Source of the DNA: a virus
Virus record (IMG/VR): IMGVR_UViG_3300043137_000143
Strand: one strand, 5' to 3'
DNA length: 40,070 bases
The notes under the pieces are model-generated. The model made no database searches and was not told the origin of the DNA. It was given only the letters and a program-made list of their open reading frames with translations. Below are positions 31,892 to 40,070 of the stretch, one piece after another (position 1 is the stretch's first letter; every line of letters starts with the position of its first letter). The translations under genes and the position numbers were made by a program.

Positions 31892-33910
31892 ATGACAGTA
31901 AGAAAATACTCATCTCGTTCTCAGCAAACAACACTGAGTTCACCAATCACTGCAACTGCAACAACTATGTCAGTTGTCAGCGGTGCATCTATCATGGGTG
32001 GAAAGACGCTATCTGGTTCACAGACATACACAGTTGTCATTGACCCAGATACAGCGCTTGAAGAAATTGTAGATGTCACGCTCTACTCATCTGGCAATAC
32101 ATTAACTATTACTCGCGGTATTGATGGACCAACTCCTGGCACAGGTTCTGCTCACTCAGCAGGTGCTGTTGTACGCCACATGGCAATTGGTCGTGACTAC
32201 CAGGATGCTAATGACCACCAAGAGAACGTAACAACTGCTCACGGTCTAACAATTGCTGACGTAGTTACAACAACTAATACAAAGACTTTAACTAACAAGA
32301 CTCTGACTTCTCCTAAGATTAACGAGAACGTAGCAGTTACAGCAACGGCGACTGAACTCAACTACGTTGATGGCGTTACATCATCAATTCAGACTCAGTT
32401 AGATGGCAAGCAAGCGGTTGTTTCAGGCGTATCTTCAACTGAGATTGGCTACCTAGATGGTGTCACATCTGCTATCCAAACACAGTTAGATGCAAAGCAG
32501 GCGGTAGTATCTGGTGTATCTAGCACAGAGATTGGGTATCTAGATGGCGTAACCTCTGCCATCCAGACTCAAATCGATGCTAAGGCACCTACTGCTAACC
32601 CAACATTTACTGGTACAGTAACTCTTCCAACAGGCACAGTTACATCAGGAATGATTCTCAACGATACAATCGTTAACGCAGATATTAACTCTGCTGCTGG
32701 TATTGCTTACAGCAAGTTGTCACTTGGTGGAACTATTACTTCCGCTGACCTGGTTGATGGAACTATCGTCAACTCAGACATCAATGCATCTGCAGGTATC
32801 GCACTTAGCAAGTTGGCTACAGACCCACTAGCGCGTGCTAACCACACAGGTACACAGATAGCATCTACTATTTCAGATTTTGATACACAGGTTCGTACCT
32901 CTAAGGTAACTGACCTTACTGCACCAACTGGTTCATTCTCAATGAACAGCCAGAAGATTACTTCTCTTGCTACACCTACAGACAACGCAGATGCTACGAC
33001 TAAGTTGTACGTAGATACAAAGGTTGCAGACTTAGTTAATTCAGCACCATCTACACTTGATACACTTGGTGAGATTGCTAGCGCAATTCAATCAGGTGGA
33101 ACAGTCTACGAGTCATTCGTACTTAAGGCTGGCGGTACAATGACAGGTGCTCTTACCTTGTCAGGTGCTCCAACTGTAGACCTACACGCTGCTACAAAGA
33201 AGTATGTAGACGACATTGCTGGAACAGTAGCAGATGCAGAAGCGGCAGCAACGGCTGCTGCTGCATCATATGATTCATTCGATGACCGCTACTTAGGCGC
33301 TAAGTCAACTGCTCCATCTGTAGACAATGATGGCAACTCTCTTATCACTGGTGCTATCTACTGGGATACAGTTTCAAATGCTATGTACGCTTGGACAGGC
33401 AGCGAGTGGGGTTCAATCTCCTCAACTGCTGCAATCTACCGTTACCGCTTTACAGCATCTGGTGGAGAGACATCACTATCAGGTACTGATGCTAATGGAT
33501 TAACTCTTTCCTATATGCCAGGCAAGGAGCAGGTATACCTCAACGGTGTGCTTCTTGCTCGTACATCTGACTACTCAGCAACTAACGGAACAAGCATCAC
33601 ATCCCTTGCAGCACTTGCTGCCTCAGACATTGTAGAGATTATTACCTTTACATCATTCGAGTTGGCTACTGCACTTGTTAGTTCTGACATTGATGCAAAG
33701 GGTGACTTGTTTGTCGGAACTGCAGCAGATACTGTAGGTAAACTTTCACTGGGTACTAACGGATACTTCCTCAAGGCTAACTCATCTACAGCAACTGGAC
33801 TTGAGTGGGCGCAGGTAGACCTATCGTCTTACGCGACAACTACATCAGTAACGAATTTAACCAACACTCATAATGACGACGTTGTTATGACAATTATGCA
33901 AGCATACTAA
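31892..33910 (+). CDS. Tail fibre protein
   Basis: 672 aa. N-terminal EEIVDVTL...TITRGIDGPTPGTGSAHSAGAVV, tandem E(I/L)xY(L/V)DGVTSxIQTQLD fibre repeats, and S/T/A/G-rich beta-type sequence. Confidence 0.75.
   Translation: MTVRKYSSRSQQTTLSSPITATATTMSVVSGASIMGGKTLSGSQTYTVVIDPDTALEEIVDVTLYSSGNTLTITRGIDGPTPGTGSAHSAGAVVRHMAIGRDYQDANDHQENVTTAHGLTIADVVTTTNTKTLTNKTLTSPKINENVAVTATATELNYVDGVTSSIQTQLDGKQAVVSGVSSTEIGYLDGVTSAIQTQLDAKQAVVSGVSSTEIGYLDGVTSAIQTQIDAKAPTANPTFTGTVTLPTGTVTSGMILNDTIVNADINSAAGIAYSKLSLGGTITSADLVDGTIVNSDINASAGIALSKLATDPLARANHTGTQIASTISDFDTQVRTSKVTDLTAPTGSFSMNSQKITSLATPTDNADATTKLYVDTKVADLVNSAPSTLDTLGEIASAIQSGGTVYESFVLKAGGTMTGALTLSGAPTVDLHAATKKYVDDIAGTVADAEAAATAAAASYDSFDDRYLGAKSTAPSVDNDGNSLITGAIYWDTVSNAMYAWTGSEWGSISSTAAIYRYRFTASGGETSLSGTDANGLTLSYMPGKEQVYLNGVLLARTSDYSATNGTSITSLAALAASDIVEIITFTSFELATALVSSDIDAKGDLFVGTAADTVGKLSLGTNGYFLKANSSTATGLEWAQVDLSSYATTTSVTNLTNTHNDDVVMTIMQAY
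32351..32587 (+). repeat. 2.7 copies of an 87-bp (29-aa) tandem repeat inside the fibre gene
   Basis: Units start at 32351, 32438 and 32525: TELNYVDGVTSSIQTQLDGKQAVVSGVSS / TEIGYLDGVTSAIQTQLDAKQAVVSGVSS / TEIGYLDGVTSAIQTQIDAKA. Confidence 0.9.
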
Positions 33911-33928
33911 GAAAGGTAACAGTAACTA

Positions 33929-34231
33929 ATGGCTGTAACATCAAAGGCGCTGGCTAGAACAGCAGCAGGAACATCAAGCACAACCCTGTACACCGTACCA
34001 TCTTCAACTACTGCAATCGTAACTAACATTGTAGTAACTAACTCAGCATCAACTGCTGCTACTTTTACAATCACACTAGATTCTGTTGACTTGTTTAAGG
34101 ATGCTGCAATTGCTGCTAATACGACCGCAATGTTTGACCTCAAGCAGGTCCTTGCTACTACAAAGATTATTGCTGGACTTGCATCAGCAACGACAGTTCG
34201 ATTCCATATCAGCGGAGTGGAGATAGCGTAA
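33929..34231 (+). CDS. Small T/A/S-rich protein, paralogue of 35485..35814
   Basis: 100 aa, ...TTLYTVPSSTTAIVTNIVVTN...ATFTI...SGVEIA. The stop overlaps the next ATG (TAATG). Confidence 0.65.
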   Translation: MAVTSKALARTAAGTSSTTLYTVPSSTTAIVTNIVVTNSASTAATFTITLDSVDLFKDAAIAANTTAMFDLKQVLATTKIIAGLASATTVRFHISGVEIA

Positions 34232-35340
34232 TGGGTCAATCAGTATTCCCAGCACCAAGCACATCAACAAGTATTCCAGGTGCAACCAACAAGCCACCTA
34301 AGTTTACTTACAGTACTTCATATGACTTGAGTTCTTTGACAAATATGAACAACATTAACAGCGGTAGCACCGCTATGACCTACCGTAGAACAGATGGTTG
34401 TATCTACTTCACATCATCTGGTGTTCAAGATTTGTGGAAATTTAATACATCAACAAATACTGGAAGTCACGTTGGTCAGGTACTTAATACTTCTAACGCT
34501 AAAGATATAGTAGCAGCCTATGATGGAACTTTATATTATGCCCAGGCTGACCCAACTGTTGGTTCAGTAACAACGCCTTTGTATTCGACAGATGGCGGCG
34601 CTACTTGGACAGCACTTCCAACATCAACTTCTGGAACAAACAGAGGATTTCTTCACTTAATTGATAGCGGAGTAATTCCAGGAGCAGGTGGAAATGTTCT
34701 ACAACACATTGCTGGAGCCGAGGCTGCTGGAGACCCTGGCTCTTGGTGGGATAGTACGACACTTGCTCCAACAAATACCACGTTTCAAACATCAGGTTTT
34801 TACAACTCTACCTATTATGGAGGAAGAGGAGTATTTCCATTGCGAGATGGAGATGACGTGAAGGCTGAAACCAGCGCAATCTGGCTTGGCGCTCTTGATA
34901 CAAATAGTTTTTCTCCTAGCAGAGGCAGCACTAGTTACGCAGTTCGCCCAGCAACAATTGGTCTCCGTGGATTAAACACAACAACAAAACAACTTGTTAC
35001 TGCCATAAATCCAGTTATTACAGGTTACGCAGCATCGGGCGCATTCCCAGAGCCAACCTTCAAGATATCTAAACCAACTACAATTGACAGTCGTTGGATT
35101 GTTAGTTGTTATAATGGAACAGCAAATGCTTTAGAAGTTATTGATTATACAACATTAAGAAAAGCCAACTCTGCACCTCTTCCTTATACAAGTGCTACTA
35201 CTGCAAACAGCGCAGGCAATGCCGCAGCAAATCCTGTTTATGTTTCAGCAACCAAGAAACTGTATGTATTGCAAGCCGCTAGCGCAAGCGGAACATCTAA
35301 CGTATCTAAGATGCACGTCTACGACGTGACAACCTACTAG
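34231..35340 (+). CDS. Receptor-binding/tail protein candidate with a BNR/Asp-box motif
   Basis: 369 aa. YSTDGGATW matches the S-x-D-x-G-x-T-W Asp-box, and the composition looks beta-propeller-like. Confidence 0.55.
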   Translation: MGQSVFPAPSTSTSIPGATNKPPKFTYSTSYDLSSLTNMNNINSGSTAMTYRRTDGCIYFTSSGVQDLWKFNTSTNTGSHVGQVLNTSNAKDIVAAYDGTLYYAQADPTVGSVTTPLYSTDGGATWTALPTSTSGTNRGFLHLIDSGVIPGAGGNVLQHIAGAEAAGDPGSWWDSTTLAPTNTTFQTSGFYNSTYYGGRGVFPLRDGDDVKAETSAIWLGALDTNSFSPSRGSTSYAVRPATIGLRGLNTTTKQLVTAINPVITGYAASGAFPEPTFKISKPTTIDSRWIVSCYNGTANALEVIDYTTLRKANSAPLPYTSATTANSAGNAAANPVYVSATKKLYVLQAASASGTSNVSKMHVYDVTTY

Positions 35341-35352
35341 GAGGTAGACTGA

Positions 35353-35481
35353 ATGACTAAAGCCCGTGACCTAGCCAACCTTGCATCAGATGCAACAGCA
35401 TTGGCAACAGACGCAGAAGTAACAGCAGCAGTGGCTGCAGCAGATTCAACCCCAACCGCACTAATGACAATGGGAGCATAA
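35353..35481 (+). CDS. Small Ala/Thr-rich protein (42 aa)
   Basis: Hand translation: MTKARDLANLASDATALATDAEVTAAVAAADSTPTALMTMGA. AGGAGG RBS 7 nt upstream. Confidence 0.45.
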   Translation: MTKARDLANLASDATALATDAEVTAAVAAADSTPTALMTMGA

Positions 35482-35484
35482 CCA

Positions 35485-35814
35485 ATGGCAACAACATATA
35501 AAGTACTAGGGCAAGTCGCCCCTAGCGCAACAACAGCGACAACCCTATACACCGTTGGTGCTGGTAAGTCTGCAGTAGTTTCTACTATTGCAGTTGCCAA
35601 CCGTGGTGGTACATCTGCTACCTATCGCATTGCGATTCGTGTAGCAGGTTCTGCTCTTTCAGACGAAGAGTACATTGCATACGATGCAACAGTTACAGCA
35701 AACAACTCAACCTTTATTACTATTGGTGTGACACTTGCTGCAACAGATGTTATTACTGTCTATGCATCAAATACTAACTTGTCATTCAATGCCTTCGGAA
35801 GCGAGATTGCATAA
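35485..35814 (+). CDS. Small T/A/S-rich protein, paralogue of 33929..34231
   Basis: 109 aa, ...TTLYTVGAGKSAVVSTIAVAN...ATYRI...FGSEIA. It has the same TAATG junction to its downstream gene. Confidence 0.65.
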   Translation: MATTYKVLGQVAPSATTATTLYTVGAGKSAVVSTIAVANRGGTSATYRIAIRVAGSALSDEEYIAYDATVTANNSTFITIGVTLAATDVITVYASNTNLSFNAFGSEIA

Positions 35815-36572
35815 TGGCTGTATCCTCATTAGTGGCCGCTAGTAGCGGCTTAACTCAGAAATTTGCTGAGTTCACAAGCACTGGAACATTTACCGCACCA
35901 TCAAATGTCTCAACCGTAGAAGTTTTACTTGCTGCAGGAGGCGGCGGTGGCGGAGGGTGTAGCGAGAATTATGCAGGTGGTGGCGGCGGTGGCGGCGGTC
36001 AAGTCGTTAAAAAGTTTTTAACCGTCACTCCTGGTAGTTCGTACACAGTAACTATTGGTGCTGGTGGTTCTGGCGGCGCAACAGGTGCTAACAATGGTTC
36101 TAATGGAAGTAATTCTTCCTTTGGGTCTTTGCTTGTATGTGGCGGCGGTGGCTACGGTGGTTTCGGAAATGGTTCTATTCCAACTGCAGGCGGCGCAGGC
36201 AATGCAGGCACAAACGCTTATGGTGGCGGGCATAACTCTGGAATTGCACAGAATTTTTCAACTACACAAACAAATTCTGTAGTCGGCGGGTCAAATGGCG
36301 GACACGGTAACAATTCTACATCTGGACAAACAGGTGGCGGTGGCGCGGGTAGCCCATCAGGTAACTCAACAACTAGTTATTCAGAAGGACAACCTGGCAT
36401 AAGTCTATTTGGTTTTGGCGCAGGAGGACTTCCTGGTAATGGTGGAGCGGGTGGTCAAAGTAACGGTCGGGCAGCATTGGCTAATTCAGGCAGCGGTGGC
36501 GGTGGCGCACAAAACAATGCAGCAGGCGGCGCTGGTGGTTCAGGTTACGCACTAGTTACTTATTGGAGTTAA
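35814..36572 (+). CDS. Glycine-rich domain protein (tail-fibre-associated type)
   Basis: LLAAGGGGGGGCSENYAGGGGGGGGQVV...YTVTIGAGGSGG...SSFG...CGGGGYGG pattern, ending GGAGGSGYALVTYWS. Confidence 0.6.
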   Translation: MAVSSLVAASSGLTQKFAEFTSTGTFTAPSNVSTVEVLLAAGGGGGGGCSENYAGGGGGGGGQVVKKFLTVTPGSSYTVTIGAGGSGGATGANNGSNGSNSSFGSLLVCGGGGYGGFGNGSIPTAGGAGNAGTNAYGGGHNSGIAQNFSTTQTNSVVGGSNGGHGNNSTSGQTGGGGAGSPSGNSTTSYSEGQPGISLFGFGAGGLPGNGGAGGQSNGRAALANSGSGGGGAQNNAAGGAGGSGYALVTYWS

Positions 36573-36574
36573 TT

Positions 36575-36820
36575 ATGGAACAACATTACGCATTTCTAAA
36601 AGACAATCGAGTTGTACAGATTGCAGTATTTGCATCACAAGATGAAGCACTTGCAGATGCGGTTGTACAAGAACACGGCTTTGATGATGCAGTATGGGTA
36701 GGAGAAACCATCCCTACTATGTATTCATCTTACGATGGCACAACATTTACTGCACCAACTGACGAGTATCTAATCTCTATTGGGATTATGAATCCTCCAA
36801 CAGAAGAACCAACAGAATAA
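36575..36820 (+). CDS. Hypothetical protein
   Basis: 81 aa counted from the ATG behind GGAG (the track start at 36563 overlaps the upstream gene). Confidence 0.55.
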   Translation: MEQHYAFLKDNRVVQIAVFASQDEALADAVVQEHGFDDAVWVGETIPTMYSSYDGTTFTAPTDEYLISIGIMNPPTEEPTE

Positions 36821-36880
36821 CACTTATCCCTGAGCAAGGATTCAAACTGCTCACTAATTTTTTCTGACTTAAGGAGTAAC

Positions 36881-38908
36881 GTGGCTAGAGATATTACCGA
36901 AGGTGATGGTGGAGTCTATTCCGATTTTGACGGCAGTGGAGTATCCAACGTTGCACGTGGTATTGCCGATATTGGTGTCGTTTCATCTACTGCCATCTGG
37001 CAGAACACCGACATTGCCTATGATGTAGCAGTTGGCGGACTTCCATTCATCTATGCAATCAATGACTCACGTCCATACATCCGTCAGACTGCACCATTCC
37101 GTAAGGACCAGTTCGACAATGGTCAAGAGCCAGGAGAGCAATCTCTAACTGGTTGGTGGATTCGCTCACAACGCTCTTTCCACTCTGGTGCTGGCATCAA
37201 CTTCTTTGACCCAGCAACCACTGATGAACTTGGACATTATCGCTTTGCAGACAGCAGAGGCATTAATGTCTGGACTAAGGGTGAGGCAACACTGCTTAAC
37301 GATGTAGACAACAACCACATAACAACAGGACCTATATCTGGAACAGACCATCAGCATGTCAACCAGCACGCACGTTCTATCCAGTACAATGGAACAAATG
37401 CTGTACTACTCCATGATGAGTACGATGTAGATAAAATTGTGCCAGGTGCAGACCCTGTTCACTTCATTGACTACCTTGAAGGTGGGGCAGAGCCAGTACG
37501 TGCAATCTGTGACGATGGTGTGTATGCCTACTGGGTAACTAATAAGGTTGAAAGCAGCGCTAACAAGTTGCATATGTACAAGAAACCATTGACTGGCTCT
37601 TCTGCTAGCACCGCTGATGAAGTACTTATGTTTACCGCAAGCGGCTTAGTGATTCAATACGCAACTATGGAATTTGTTAAAGACCGTATTGTTCTTTGCG
37701 TTAACAACAAGGTTTACGAAGTATTCACAAACTCAACATCTTTGCCTTCACCAATATACACTAACACCAACACAAACTACCACTACACTTCTGTTGCGGC
37801 ATCTGGTCCTGCTATATACACTGCAGGTCACTCAGGTATCTACTCAACCATCCAGAAGTACACATTGTCAAGCAATGGCTCAATGCCAGTTCTTACATCT
37901 GCGGTAGTTGCAGCAGAAATGCCTGCTGGTGAGATTGTTGAGAAGATTTACTACTACCTTGGGTACATGATGATTGGTACAAATAAAGGTGTGCGAGCAG
38001 CGGCAATTAACGACCAAGATGGCTCCCTAAAATATGGACCGCTCATCGTAGAGACATCTCAGCCATGCTACGACTTTGCTGGAAGAGATAGGTTCGTATG
38101 GGCTGCTACTGGCATTGGTAATTTAGATGGCGGACTTATCCGCTTTGACCTCGAGAATGACTTAGAAGAACTTCGTTTTGCTTACGCTAACGACTTGCAA
38201 GTGTCTCAGACATCTGTTCACTACACAACAGCGGTTGCATTTATTGGCGCTACCAATAGCCTTTCTTTCACTACAGCGCACAACACTACCAATGGTGCAA
38301 TCTACACAGAATCAACCAACAAGGTTGCATCTGGCTACCTAACAACAGGTAACATTCGATTTGGCACACTTGAGCCTAAGAACTTCAAGCGATTAATTGC
38401 TAGAGGTGACTACCGATATGGTGAGATGACTCTTGAGACTGTCGACAAAGATGGCATCGAGCATGACCACATAACATACAACCTTGCAATTCCATCAGTT
38501 GAGGTGGGTACATCTGCCCCAGCAACTGCACAAGAGTACGTCGCGTACAAGTTCATCTTGTACCGTGATGCAACAACAACAAGCCTAGGTCCAATCTTCA
38601 AGGGATACCAGGCTAAGGCAACAATCGCTACACCACGTCAGCGTGTTGTACGCTTCCCTGTCTATTGCTTCGATATCGAAACAGACAGATTCAACTCAGT
38701 AATTGGGTACGAAGGCAGAGCCTTTGATAGAATCCAAGCGCTGGAAGAAGTTGAAGAGAATGGTGACATTCTTACATGGCAAGACCTATCGACTGGCGAA
38801 TCACGTCAAGCGGTGCTAGAGCAAGTTACATTCACACGCATGACTCCTCCCGATAAGCGCTTTGACGGTTTCGGTGGAGTCCTAGAGATAACCATTAGGA
38901 CAGTATAA
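36881..38908 (+). CDS. Large virion structural protein (tail/nozzle or spike candidate)
   Basis: 675-aa ORF with a GTG start behind AAGGAG. It is the last structural gene before the lysis cassette. No motif recognised. Confidence 0.65.
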   Translation: MARDITEGDGGVYSDFDGSGVSNVARGIADIGVVSSTAIWQNTDIAYDVAVGGLPFIYAINDSRPYIRQTAPFRKDQFDNGQEPGEQSLTGWWIRSQRSFHSGAGINFFDPATTDELGHYRFADSRGINVWTKGEATLLNDVDNNHITTGPISGTDHQHVNQHARSIQYNGTNAVLLHDEYDVDKIVPGADPVHFIDYLEGGAEPVRAICDDGVYAYWVTNKVESSANKLHMYKKPLTGSSASTADEVLMFTASGLVIQYATMEFVKDRIVLCVNNKVYEVFTNSTSLPSPIYTNTNTNYHYTSVAASGPAIYTAGHSGIYSTIQKYTLSSNGSMPVLTSAVVAAEMPAGEIVEKIYYYLGYMMIGTNKGVRAAAINDQDGSLKYGPLIVETSQPCYDFAGRDRFVWAATGIGNLDGGLIRFDLENDLEELRFAYANDLQVSQTSVHYTTAVAFIGATNSLSFTTAHNTTNGAIYTESTNKVASGYLTTGNIRFGTLEPKNFKRLIARGDYRYGEMTLETVDKDGIEHDHITYNLAIPSVEVGTSAPATAQEYVAYKFILYRDATTTSLGPIFKGYQAKATIATPRQRVVRFPVYCFDIETDRFNSVIGYEGRAFDRIQALEEVEENGDILTWQDLSTGESRQAVLEQVTFTRMTPPDKRFDGFGGVLEITIRTV

Positions 38909-39108
38909 TGAACATCACGCAGTGGGCTAGTTTAGCCGTATCTATTATAGCAATCGTAGCCGCATTTGCTGGTTCTGTTAGATGGTTAGTCAAGCATTAC
39001 CTTTATGAACTCAAGCCAAACGGAGGTGGCAGTGTTAAAGACCAAGTTAATCGCCTTGAGGCTCGGATTGACGATATCTATCGTATTATTTGCGAGCGCG
39101 ATAACTAG
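38908..39108 (+). CDS. Lysis-cassette membrane protein (N-terminal TM helix plus short helical ectodomain)
   Basis: MNITQWASLAVSIIAIVAAFAGSVRWLV then ELKPNGGGSVKDQVNRLEARIDDIYRII. Confidence 0.6.
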   Translation: MNITQWASLAVSIIAIVAAFAGSVRWLVKHYLYELKPNGGGSVKDQVNRLEARIDDIYRIICERDN

Positions 39109-39253
39109 TTGTGGTTATCAAGGTTGGATAAGATATCCATGCCAAGAGTTTGAAAACTGGGAAAAGCCAGAATGTAATCCACCCCAGTGCATACCGACTG
39201 GGACTTGCACTAAAGATATTCTTCCAGGAGTATTAGATGAACCAAAAAAATAA
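39032..39253 (+). CDS. Small Cys/Pro-rich lipoprotein in the +1 frame, overlapping the 3' part of 38908..39108
   Basis: GTG 39032 lies 5 nt after GGAGG. The signal peptide MLKTKLIALRLGLTISIVLFASA precedes the lipobox ITS-C. The mature 47 aa is CGYQGWIRYPCQEFENWEKPECNPPQCIPTGTCTKDILPGVLDEPKK. The track ORF starts at ATG 39005. Confidence 0.55.
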   Translation: MLKTKLIALRLGLTISIVLFASAITSCGYQGWIRYPCQEFENWEKPECNPPQCIPTGTCTKDILPGVLDEPKK

Positions 39254-39512
39254 GTTTAGCCCAGAAGACCTTCATGCTCGACTGATTGTGACAATCGGTA
39301 TTATACTAGCCATCGTCTTCGCTGGCTCAGTGTTTGCACTGCTATACGCATTGCTATTTATCACACAACCATTAGGAGAACAGGCACCTAACGATGCTGC
39401 ATTTATTGACCTTGTTAGTACCTTGTGCGTGTTTCTTACTGGTTCTCTTGCTGGCGTACTTGCAGGAAATGGATTAAAGTCAAAACCTAAGGAAAAGAAA
39501 GATGGAGAATAA
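39237..39512 (+). CDS. Holin candidate (2-3 TM segments and a charged C-terminal tail)
   Basis: LIVTIGIILAIVFAGSVFALLYALLFI and FIDLVSTLCVFLTGSLAGVLAG, then KSKPKEKKDGE. GGAG RBS. It lies directly upstream of the endolysin. Confidence 0.6.
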   Translation: MNQKNKFSPEDLHARLIVTIGIILAIVFAGSVFALLYALLFITQPLGEQAPNDAAFIDLVSTLCVFLTGSLAGVLAGNGLKSKPKEKKDGE

Positions 39513-40015
39513 TGAAGCCTGTTGTCAAGAAAGCCACACCTGCCGCTATTGCTGTCCTACGACAAGCCACAGCGATAGCGCCTTCGCGTTTGAAAGTCAG
39601 CGATGGACTTCTGCCATCGAAAGCGCATCAGTCACAGAACCCCAATTCAGACCATAACACAGGGTTTGCAGTTGACCTAACTCATGACCCTAAGCATGGA
39701 ATCGATTGCGTAGAAATCTTCCAGAAGTTAAAGGAAGACAAGCGAGTCAAGTACCTAATTTTTAAGGGAAAGATTTGGTCGGCAGAGCGTGCATCCGAAG
39801 GAAACCGCGATTACGACGGTAGCAATAAGCACAACAAGCACCTTCATATCTCTATCAATGACGATATGGGTAAAGATACTTCACCTTGGTTCTGGTGGCT
39901 CAATCAACCTAAGGTAATCAATCAGGTCAAGGCTGCGCTTACACCAGCAGCGGTGAAGAAGACATACAAGACTGAACTCTGCACTTGTTGCAAGGTTCAT
40001 ACCCCACAGTCCTAA
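39512..40015 (+). CDS. Endolysin, peptidase M15 / VanY-like zinc peptidase
   Basis: SDHNTGFAVD matches SxHxxGxAxD, and HLH supplies the second zinc ligand pair. TAATG coupling to the holin candidate. Confidence 0.7.
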   Translation: MKPVVKKATPAAIAVLRQATAIAPSRLKVSDGLLPSKAHQSQNPNSDHNTGFAVDLTHDPKHGIDCVEIFQKLKEDKRVKYLIFKGKIWSAERASEGNRDYDGSNKHNKHLHISINDDMGKDTSPWFWWLNQPKVINQVKAALTPAAVKKTYKTELCTCCKVHTPQS

Positions 40016-40070
40016 GGAGGACTCATGAATACAGAAAAACTAGTAGCAATTGCTGGTACGTATCTTCGTG
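39944..40070. repeat. Second copy of the 127-bp terminal repeat
   Basis: Identical to 1-127. 40025-40070 re-reads the first 46 nt of the holin-like ORF. Confidence 0.95.

Noticed and set aside
1-40070. Prophage or temperate lifestyle (integrase, CI-like repressor, attP, partition genes)
   Set aside because: None of the ORFs shows tyrosine or serine recombinase, CI/Cro-type HTH or ParAB motifs by eye. The genome closes on itself with no flanking host genes.

Overview
The window is a complete dsDNA phage genome, not a chromosomal segment. Bases 1-127 are identical to 39944-40070, so the unique sequence is 39,943 bp and closes into a circle, or carries a short terminal redundancy.

Host and lifestyle: gene content points to an actinobacterial host (WhiB-like regulator, r1t-like holin, actinobacterial-type SLT transglycosylase, leaderless-looking starts). 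I recognised no integrase, repressor, tape measure, tail tube, sheath or DNA polymerase, so the phage is probably lytic and short-tailed.

Layout:
(i) Rightward early/replication operon, 675-6591, behind a near-consensus sigma70-type promoter. It holds a split Cas4-like nuclease, a DnaB/RepA-like ATPase, an Hjc-like nuclease, a frame-disrupted DnaG-type primase, an HNH endonuclease, a metallophosphoesterase and a sigma-like factor.
(ii) Leftward operon, 12488-6596, of about 17 tightly coupled, mostly small genes. It includes WhiB, an FmdB-like zinc ribbon, a secreted SLT-like transglycosylase and an amidoligase plus class-II glutamine amidotransferase pair. Nine copies of the palindrome CTGTTCGG-YTAR-CCGAAC punctuate it.
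(iii) A 660-bp structured non-coding region, 12509-13167.
(iv) Rightward structural/lysis operon, 13168-40015, running through the circle junction to 273. It holds TerL with a fused HTH, portal, an HslV/proteasome-like Ntn hydrolase, a 1672-aa protein, scaffold, an HK97-type capsid, four lysine-rich basic proteins, a glycosyltransferase, fibre genes with a duplicated cassette, and a lysis cassette with an M15 endolysin.

No tRNA, rRNA, CRISPR array or transposase was seen. All functional calls come from motif recognition by eye; no database search or computation was run. ORFs shorter than the supplied 60-aa track were translated by hand.
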